A DNA stretch of 64,000 nt from the NCBI GenBank assembly GCA_965199855.1, contig OZ241326.1:1632001-1696000 (forward strand), given 5' to 3'. This stretch comes from a bacterium (GTDB taxonomy: Bacteria; UBA8248). The notes beneath the pieces are model-generated. The model saw nothing but the letters and a program-made list of their open reading frames with translations, was not told where the DNA came from and searched no databases. A program made the translations under genes and the position numbers. This document shows, one piece after another, positions 57,167 to 64,000 of this stretch. Positions within the stretch are counted from its first letter, which is position 1. The number at the start of each line of letters is the position of its first letter.

Positions 57167-58321
57167 TCAGGCGGGGTATTTCTCCACGAGGCGGCGGGCG
57201 ATGACGAGGCGCTGTATGTCGTTCGTCCCCTCGCCCACCTGGAGGAGTATGGCGTCGCGGTAATACCGCTCGACGGGCAGCTCCTTGATGTAGCCGTATC
57301 CCCCGTGAATGTGGACGGCGGCCTCCGAGGCGCGCTGGCAGGCGTCCGTGGCGAAGAGCTTGGCCATGCCGGCCTCGAGGTCGCACCGCTGCCCCGCGTC
57401 CTTCATGGCCGCCGCGCGCCAGGTGAGCTGCCGGGCGGCCTCGAGCGAGGTCGCCATGTCGGCGAGCTTGAGCTGGATCGCCTGATGCTCGGCGATGGGC
57501 CTGCCCATCGTCCTGCGCTGCTGGGCGTATCGGATGGAGTCCTCGAAGCAGGCGGCGTGCAGGCCCACCCCCCGGGCGGCCACCTGGATGCGCCCCAGCT
57601 CGAGCGCCGCCATGAGCTGGTGGAACCCCCGGTTCTCCTCCCCGATGAGGCGCGAGGCGGGAACCGCGCAGTCCTCGAAGGTCAGCTCTCCCGTGCGGAC
57701 GCCCTTGTAGCCCATCTTGTCCAGATGGCGGCTGACGCCGAAGCCGGGCAGGTTCCTGTCCATCAGGAGGCAGCTGATGCCCCGCGTGGGCTTCTCGGCC
57801 TTGGGGTTCGTGCGCGCCATGACGGCGAAGTGGGTGGCGTTCTCGCTGTTGGTGATGAACATCTTGGAGCCGTTGACGACGAAGTCCTCCCCCTCGCGGC
57901 GGGCGGAGGTTCTGAGCGCCGCCACGTCGGAGCCGCCGTCCGCCTCGGTGATGCCGATGCCGAAGCGCATCCTGCCCTCGGCCACCTCGGGAAGCCACGC
58001 CCCGCGCTGCTCCTCGCTTCCGAACTCGCTGATCATCCACCCCACCATCGAGTGCGACCCGAGGACGCCGGTGAGGCTCATCCAGCCGCGCGCCAGCTCC
58101 TCGGTCAGCACCGCGAAGCTCACCGCGCCCATCTCGCCGCCGCCGTATTTCTCCGGCACCAGCGCGCCGAAATATCCCAGCTCCTTCATCCGCTCCACCA
58201 GGGGATGGGGATACTCGTCCCTGTGCTCGTAGCCGCTGGCGGCGGGGATGACCTCCCGATCCACGAACTGGCGGACGCCGCCCCGGAGCGCGGCCTGAAA
58301 CTCGTTCAACTGCACGTCCAT
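57167..58321 (-). CDS. Acyl-CoA dehydrogenase
   Basis: VPEKYGG, ITEADGGSD, NGSKMFITN, KMGYKG, GRI, HQAIQLKLADM, IHGGYGY, GEGTNDIQR. Confidence 0.95.
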   Translation of the reverse strand: MDVQLNEFQAALRGGVRQFVDREVIPAASGYEHRDEYPHPLVERMKELGYFGALVPEKYGGGEMGAVSFAVLTEELARGWMSLTGVLGSHSMVGWMISEFGSEEQRGAWLPEVAEGRMRFGIGITEADGGSDVAALRTSARREGEDFVVNGSKMFITNSENATHFAVMARTNPKAEKPTRGISCLLMDRNLPGFGVSRHLDKMGYKGVRTGELTFEDCAVPASRLIGEENRGFHQLMAALELGRIQVAARGVGLHAACFEDSIRYAQQRRTMGRPIAEHQAIQLKLADMATSLEAARQLTWRAAAMKDAGQRCDLEAGMAKLFATDACQRASEAAVHIHGGYGYIKELPVERYYRDAILLQVGEGTNDIQRLVIARRLVEKYPA

Positions 58322-58386
58322 GTCGTTCGCTCCCGATGCCGCGCGGGGAGGGCTTCCGCGCTCCTCTCCGGTCGAATCGCCCTTCC

Positions 58387-58728
58387 TCAGCCGAACAGGG
58401 AAAGGCCGCCCATGCCCTCGGGAATGAGCAGCCGCTCCACGGTCTCGCCCTTTGCCAGATGCCGCTCCACAATCTCCTCCGCGTCCTCGGGCCGCACCCC
58501 GCCATACCAGACGTTGTCGGGCATGACGCAGACCACCGCCCCGTGCTCGCAGGCGTCCAGGCAGGTCGTCGCCAGAACGCGCGCGCGCCCCTTCAGCTCC
58601 TTCTCCTCCAGCAGCGACTTCATGCGCTCCCGAAGGGCGAGGGCGCCGCAGGCGGCGCAGCTTCCCTTGGGGTGATCCGCCGCTCGCTCGTTCGCGCACA
58701 CCAGAGCGTATCGCTTGTCCCTGAACAC
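58387..58728 (-). CDS. Thioredoxin-like [2Fe-2S] ferredoxin
   Basis: LVCANER...GSC...TCLDAC..G..V...PD.VWY..V; GTG start inferred. Confidence 0.88.
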   Translation of the reverse strand: MFRDKRYALVCANERAADHPKGSCAACGALALRERMKSLLEEKELKGRARVLATTCLDACEHGAVVCVMPDNVWYGGVRPEDAEEIVERHLAKGETVERLLIPEGMGGLSLFG

Positions 58729-58929
58729 CTCGCCCGCTCCCGGAGTTTGATGAAGGCGCCGCGTTCCGCGTCCCCGGCTCGCAGCCTGAGCGGCGCGCCG
58801 ACGTTCGTCCATTCGCCCGTTTCGCCGAGAGGAAGGCTAGCACTTGCGGGGCGGCTCTTCAATCCGCGCCCCCTTTCGCCCGTTTGTGTTTTTTTCCGAA
58901 AAGGGCGTAAGATCGGCTCGACCGGAGCC

Positions 58930-59736
58930 ATGAATTCTCCTTTCGCGGGAAGGCCGTCCATGTCCCCAAGCCCTTCCGAAAGCCGGCCCAGGCGCGCGCT
59001 CCTCTTCGCCACCTGTCTGGTGGAGCGGTTCTTTCCCGAGGTCGGCGAGGCGGCCGTTCACCTGCTCGAGAAGGCGGGCGTGGAGGTCGTCTATCCGGAA
59101 GGGCTCACCTGCTGCGGGCTTCCCCACTACAACAACGGCTTCCGCGCCGAGGCGCGGAAAACGCTCGCCGCCCAGCTGCCCCTGCTGGAGGGAAACGTCC
59201 CCATCGTCGTTCCCTCGGGCTCGTGCGGCTGGATGCTCAAATGCGTCCTGCCCACCCTGTTCCCCGACGATCCCTGGACGCGGGAGCGCGCCGCGCGCGT
59301 CGCCGGTCGGGTGGTCGAACTCTCGCAGTTTCTGCGCGGAATCGGGATGGAGGACTTCGGCGCGCCGCTTCCGGGGAAGACGGCCTATCACGACTCCTGC
59401 CACCTTCTGCGCGGGCTGGGGGAGGAGCGCGCCCCGCGCGAATGCCTCGACCTGGCGGCGGAGAGGCGCGAGGAGCTGCCCGGCTGCGATCGCTGCTGCG
59501 GGTTCGGCGGCGCGTTTTCCGTCAAGTTTCCCGAAGTCTCCTGCGCCATGCTGGAGGAGAAGCTCCGCTCCGCCGAGGGCATCGGCGCCGACTGGCTCGT
59601 GGCGGCCGACGCGGGCTGCATGCTCCAGCTGGCGGGCGGACTCTCGCGGCGAAACTCCCGGGTCAAACTCCTCCACCTGGCCCAGGCGCTCGCCGGGCCG
59701 GAGGCGCCGGGCTGGCCGGAGGAGGGCGGCCCATGA
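58930..59736 (+). CDS. lutA: LutA/YkgE CCG-domain Fe-S protein
   Basis: LFATCLVE, TCCGLP, PSGSC, YHDSCH, RCCGFGG.FSVK, DAGC. Confidence 0.88.
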   Translation: MNSPFAGRPSMSPSPSESRPRRALLFATCLVERFFPEVGEAAVHLLEKAGVEVVYPEGLTCCGLPHYNNGFRAEARKTLAAQLPLLEGNVPIVVPSGSCGWMLKCVLPTLFPDDPWTRERAARVAGRVVELSQFLRGIGMEDFGAPLPGKTAYHDSCHLLRGLGEERAPRECLDLAAERREELPGCDRCCGFGGAFSVKFPEVSCAMLEEKLRSAEGIGADWLVAADAGCMLQLAGGLSRRNSRVKLLHLAQALAGPEAPGWPEEGGP

Positions 59737-61853
59737 GCGGGGGCTTCAACGAGCGGGCGCGCGCCGCCCTGGCCGACGCGCCGCTTCAGGAGGCGCTTCA
59801 GGCGGCGACGGGCAGGTTCGCCGACCTGCGCGTCCGGGCGTTTCAATCGACCGCCGCCCCGCTCGCCCTGCGCGCGAAGGCGCGGGAGATTCGCCGAAGA
59901 ACGTTCGAGGAGATCGACCGCCACCTGGAGACCCTGTTCAAGAGCCTCGAGCGGCTGGGCGTGCGCGTCCATCCGGCGGCGGACGCGGCCGCCGCGCGGC
60001 GCGTCGTCCTCGAAATCGCCCGCAAGAACGGGGTGAAGACCGTCGTCAAGAGCAAGTCCATGGCGACCGAGGAGATTCACCTGAACCAGGCGCTCGAGGC
60101 GGCCGGCATCACGCCCTGCGAGACGGATCTCGGGGAGTGGATTCTCCAGCTGGCGAACGAGACGCCGAGCCACCTCGTGGCGCCGGCCATCCACAAGACG
60201 CTCGGGCAGGTGCAGGACGTCTTCCGCGAGAAGGTGGACTCCGACCCGGGCCCGGACCCCGAGGCGCTCACGGCCATCGCCCGCGAGAAGCTGCGGGCGG
60301 AATTCCTGCGCGCGGGCATGGGAATCAGCGGCGTGAACTTCGCCGTGGCCGAAACGGGAACCCTCTGCCTCGTCACGAACGAGGGCAACGGCAGGCTCGT
60401 CACCACCCTGCCGAAGACGCACGTCGCCGTCATGGGCTTCGAGAAGGTGGTGCCCACCCTGCGCGAGACGCTCACCCTGCTCTCGGTTCTGCCCCGAAGC
60501 GCCACGGGCCAGAAGCTTTCGAGCTACTTCACCATGCTCACCGGCCCCAGGAGGGAGGGGGAGGCGGACGGCCCCGACGAGGCGCATCTCGTCCTGCTGG
60601 ACGGCGGGCGCTCCCGCCACCTGGGGACGCCGTTTCAGGAGGCGTTTCACTGCATTCGCTGCGGGGCGTGCCAGAACGCCTGCCCCGTGTTCCAGACGGT
60701 GGGCGGACACGCCTACGACTCGGTGTACGGCGGGCCCATCGGCTCCATTTTGAGTCCCATGCTGCGCGGCCTCGACGCCTCGGGCGAGCTTCCGGCGGCT
60801 TCGAGCCTGTGCGGCGCCTGCATGGACGCCTGCCCCGTGTTCGTCGATATCCCCCGGATGCTGCTGGAGATGCGCGAGGCGCGAACCGCCAAAAAGAGCA
60901 ACTCGACGCTGGAGAGGCTCGCCTTCCGGCTGATCGGGGCGGCGATGCGCAGGCCCCTCCTCTGGGAGACGGGCGGCCGCGCGGCCGCCATGGTCTCGAA
61001 CTTCCTGGGAGAGAAGGCGGCCGCGCGCCTTCCGGGCCCCGCCCGCGCCTGGACGCGGGGGCGCGATCTGCCCCGCATGGCGAAGAAGAGCTTTCGAGCG
61101 CGCTGGCGGGAGAGGAACCGGGGCGCCGCCGACGCGCAGCCCTCGGTTCCGGAGCCGAGACGCGCGGAGGCGCCGGACGCCGTGGTCGAAAAGGCGCATC
61201 ACGCCCTGGAGCTGGGGCGCGGACTCTCGCACGGAAGCGCCGGGGCGCCCCCGGATCCCCTGCCGGAAATCGACGTGCCCGATCCCGCCGCCCGCTTCGC
61301 CCTGGAATTCGAGGCGGTGGCGAACCCCGTTCGCCGTCCGGCGTCGATGGAGGAGGCGCGCGAATGCGTCCTTGAGATAGCCGCCGAATGGAGGGAGCGG
61401 CCCCTCGCCGTGAGCGCCCGCCTTCCCGTCGACGCGGCGGCGTGGCTCTCGGAGGCGGGCTTCGAGCTTCGCTTCCCTTCGGAGGAGGGAGACGACCGCG
61501 CGGCCATCGCCGGCTGCGGCCTGGGAATCACGGGCTGCGACTGGGCGATCGCCGAGACGGGCAGCGTCGTCCTGCGGAGCGGGCCGGGCCGCCCGCGCCT
61601 CCACTCCCTGCTGCCGGAGGCGCATCTGGCGCTCATCCCGGAGAGAAGCATCCTGCCGCATATTTCCTCGCTCGCGCCCGAGCTCGAGGCCGCCCTCGCC
61701 GGGGAGCGCGCCGCCGCGCCCAGCTGCGTCAGCGTCATCACTGGCCCCAGCCGCTCGGCCGACATCGCGCTCACGCTCATCAAGGGGGTGCACGGCCCGC
61801 GCGAGGTCTTCGCCGTCCTCCTTCCCGACCGCCTCGCTGAGGGGGATGGCTGA
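59733..61853 (+). CDS. lutB: LutB-LutC fusion (lactate utilization Fe-S protein plus LUD domain)
   Basis: KSKSMATEE, ETDLGE, NEGNGRL, CIRCGACQNACP, SSLCGAC...CP; same frame continues to AIAETGSVV...SLLPEAH...ITGPSRSADI...GVHGP (LutC). Confidence 0.9.
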   Translation: MSGGFNERARAALADAPLQEALQAATGRFADLRVRAFQSTAAPLALRAKAREIRRRTFEEIDRHLETLFKSLERLGVRVHPAADAAAARRVVLEIARKNGVKTVVKSKSMATEEIHLNQALEAAGITPCETDLGEWILQLANETPSHLVAPAIHKTLGQVQDVFREKVDSDPGPDPEALTAIAREKLRAEFLRAGMGISGVNFAVAETGTLCLVTNEGNGRLVTTLPKTHVAVMGFEKVVPTLRETLTLLSVLPRSATGQKLSSYFTMLTGPRREGEADGPDEAHLVLLDGGRSRHLGTPFQEAFHCIRCGACQNACPVFQTVGGHAYDSVYGGPIGSILSPMLRGLDASGELPAASSLCGACMDACPVFVDIPRMLLEMREARTAKKSNSTLERLAFRLIGAAMRRPLLWETGGRAAAMVSNFLGEKAAARLPGPARAWTRGRDLPRMAKKSFRARWRERNRGAADAQPSVPEPRRAEAPDAVVEKAHHALELGRGLSHGSAGAPPDPLPEIDVPDPAARFALEFEAVANPVRRPASMEEARECVLEIAAEWRERPLAVSARLPVDAAAWLSEAGFELRFPSEEGDDRAAIAGCGLGITGCDWAIAETGSVVLRSGPGRPRLHSLLPEAHLALIPERSILPHISSLAPELEAALAGERAAAPSCVSVITGPSRSADIALTLIKGVHGPREVFAVLLPDRLAEGDG

Positions 61854-61895
61854 GGCGCCCCGCTCCGCGCGGCCCGCCGCTCCGCCGCCTTGCCC

Positions 61896-61956
61896 GGGCG
61901 GTTCGGGGATGGCCCCCGCGGCCGTCCTTTCGTAGGGGCGGTTCGGGAACCGCCCG
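61896..61956. repeat. GTAG-type REP-like palindrome pair
   Basis: gtaggggcggttcgggaaccgccc (61932-61955) preceded by a degenerate copy gggcggttcggggatggccccc. Confidence 0.6.
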
Positions 61957-62491
61957 CTTTCGAGGGCGTTCGCATCGGAAAAGGGGGGCGAGAACGCTCC
62001 CCGAGGGGAGGGCGGCGTCGGGTCGCATTCACGCCTTCGCCCTCCGGGGCCGCGGGAGAATTTCCGGGGCGGAGGAGACCTCTTTCGGGCGTTCGGAGAG
62101 GTTCCGCGGGTGCCGCGAAAGCCGCGGATGAACGTCTGCGAATTTCGACAAAAACAGACAAATTCACGGCCTTATCCTGCAAATACGCAGCTGTTTTCCA
62201 CCCTTTTCCACCCTTTTGACGCCCTCTTTTGTTCCCCGATTCGCCGCCTTCTCTCCCCCCGCGGGCGCATCTCTCCCCGTCAGGAATGTATCGTAGGCTT
62301 GGCCCGCTCCCACAGCCGCAAATGCGGGCAGATGCGGGCAGGTGCGCGCGAGGCTCGTTTTGGAGCGTTGAAAAGGCGCGATTTTTCGGCGAGAAGCCTC
62401 TTTGTCGGGACGATCCGCGCCCTTCCGGTGAGGCTTTCGCCCGGTTTTCAGGGGAAATTCCCCGTTCTCCGAGCCGGGGGAGGGGTGGTTT

Positions 62492-63004
62492 TCAGTCCGC
62501 GGAGGGCCAGGCCATGCCGTGGTCGCGGAGGATTTCGCGGAGTTTCGAGACGTTGATCAGCTCCATGGGCGCGCCTTCGGAATACTTCTGCACCTCTTCG
62601 GTGAAGTATCCCGTCGATATCAGGATGCCCTTGAGCGCCCGCTCGGCGCGCACGGTGTCGGAGAGTCCGATTACTCGTATCGAATTCACGAAGTCGCCCT
62701 CGGGCGCCAGGATGCCGTGGATGATGTAGTCGCCGCCGATGATGGGGGCGGGGTTGTGGGCGAGGATATCGATTTCCTCCTCGTTCACCCAGTGCGTCTC
62801 GACGACGCGCATGTTCATGCCCTCGAGCAGCTCGACGAGCATCCGCTCGAATTCCCGGGGCGGCATCCGGCGCAGGGAGTCGATTTCGGCGTCGTCCGCG
62901 TCTTTTCCCGCGTCCGCCTCGAGCGCGACGTTCGAGGTGGTTCGCTTGACGAACAGGATGGTGATGAAGCCCAGGATGAGCGCGAAGAATATGAGTTCCA
63001 GCAT
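62492..63004 (-). CDS. Membrane-anchored Mrr-catalytic-fold protein (probably inactive)
   Basis: N-terminal TM; MPPREFERMLVELL, IDILA, KGILISTGYFT, MELIN match the Mrr_cat pattern; QxK position reads HGI. Confidence 0.75.
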   Translation of the reverse strand: MLELIFFALILGFITILFVKRTTSNVALEADAGKDADDAEIDSLRRMPPREFERMLVELLEGMNMRVVETHWVNEEEIDILAHNPAPIIGGDYIIHGILAPEGDFVNSIRVIGLSDTVRAERALKGILISTGYFTEEVQKYSEGAPMELINVSKLREILRDHGMAWPSAD

Positions 63005-63112
63005 GTCGGCGCTCCCGGGCTTTTGGGGAAAGAAGCGTCCCGCCGCGGCGAAGCGGCCGGGATTCGGGGCGGCTGACGCGCGGACGCCGCGCCCGGACGG
63101 GCGAAAAGGAGG

Positions 63113-63280
63113 CTATCGAATCATCTCGTCATACACGTCGTCCTTCTTGCCTTTTTCGATGAGCTTGTCGTGCCGGAGTCCCTGCGAGATCGCCAGCCAG
63201 ACGAAATACGCCACCAGGGGAATCATGAAGGCGATGGGGATGTTGTCGGGCTTCGTCAGAATGGCCAGAAAATTTTCCAT
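63113..63280 (-). CDS. Small membrane protein (55 aa, KPDNIPI motif)
   Basis: MENFLAILTKPDNIPIAFMIPLVAYFVWLAISQGLRHDKLIEKGKKDDVYDEMIR; purine-rich RBS; host-like codon usage. Confidence 0.75.
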   Translation of the reverse strand: MENFLAILTKPDNIPIAFMIPLVAYFVWLAISQGLRHDKLIEKGKKDDVYDEMIR

Positions 63281-63522
63281 GTCGAAAATCCCTTTCCTCG
63301 GCGACCGGGCGTTGAGGGAGACGCTTCTGATTCGGGGCATTCTGGCGGAAATCCCCTTCGGGGGCAAGGAGCCGGAAGCCCCGCTCCCGAAAAAAAGGCT
63401 CCTCGCCCGGGACGCGCCTTGACAACCGGCGCGCGGAATGGGTATATCCATGGGAATCACGCCGCCGGAACGGGCGAAGCCCGCCTTCCGGCGAATCGCC
63501 CCTACGAGAACGAGGCGGAGCG

Positions 63523-64000
63523 ATGCCCCACTTCATCTTCGACGCCTGCATCGGGTGCTCGGTGTGCGAGCCCGTTTGTCCGACGAAGGCCATCACGGGC
63601 GAGCCGCGCGAGATCTACAAAATCGACCCCACCCTCTGCATCGACTGCGGCGTGTGCGGCAAGTATTGCCCGGCGTTCGCCATCCAGGACGACGAGGGCG
63701 AGGTGATACGCAACATCAAGCACAAGGAGATGCCCAAGGCGTTCGTCCTGGAGGAGAACTGCACGGGTTGCGTCTGGTGCGTGGACGTCTGCCCGTTCGA
63801 CTGCATCCGCATGGCGCCCTCGTCCGTCGAGCGGGATCACAGCGCGGTGGCCGTCGTGGATCAATCCACCTGCGTCGGCTGCCGGCTCTGCGAGGAGATT
63901 TGCAACAAGGGGGCGATCATCGTGCCGAAGCACGAGGACGAGTCCGAATACATGACGCCGTTCATGCACGAATTCGTAACCTCCCCCCTTCGCGCCTATT
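63523..64000 (+). CDS. Polyferredoxin with four CxxCxxCxxxC motifs, stop outside window
   Basis: Manual translation MPHFIFDACIGCSVCEPVCP...CIDCGVCGKYCP...CTGCVWCVDVCP...CVGCRLCEEICN; GGAG RBS; TTGACA at 63419. Confidence 0.92.
   Translation, partial: MPHFIFDACIGCSVCEPVCPTKAITGEPREIYKIDPTLCIDCGVCGKYCPAFAIQDDEGEVIRNIKHKEMPKAFVLEENCTGCVWCVDVCPFDCIRMAPSSVERDHSAVAVVDQSTCVGCRLCEEICNKGAIIVPKHEDESEYMTPFMHEFVTSPLRAY

Noticed and set aside
62184-62216. oriC or mraZ operator call
   Set aside because: Only two imperfect boxes and no dnaA or mraZ/dcw genes adjacent; kept only as an unexplained-region finding.

Overview
High-GC bacterial chromosomal window with about 55 genes. It holds mostly housekeeping and metabolic functions: three PLP aminotransferases, a TRAP/TAXI transporter with enoyl-CoA hydratase, SucCD-like ligase and SDR, PhoX, two luciferase-like monooxygenases, MFS/DMT transporters, gltX with tRNA-Gln(CUG), a large AsmA/DUF748-type protein, ftsK, trxA, an IspH-UbiA-like fusion, glnB-glnD-glnA, lutA with a LutB-LutC fusion, and ferredoxins. 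Small AT-richer inserts interrupt this backbone. Two of them are Type II restriction-modification cassettes, both with an intact methyltransferase and a disrupted endonuclease. There is also a decayed zeta-toxin-like locus, a tandem pair of tiny membrane-protein paralogs after glnA, several REP-like palindromes, and an unexplained ~640-bp convergent intergenic region with 10-bp-phased repeats. I saw no CRISPR array, rRNA, integrase, transposase or reverse transcriptase, and I cannot demonstrate a complete novel system from the sequence alone. The best leads are the IspH-UbiA fusion, the tandem small-protein cassette, the membrane-anchored and apparently inactive Mrr-fold protein with its small partner, and the TRAP/SucCD-like catabolic cluster. 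All product calls come from motif recognition by eye, not database searches.
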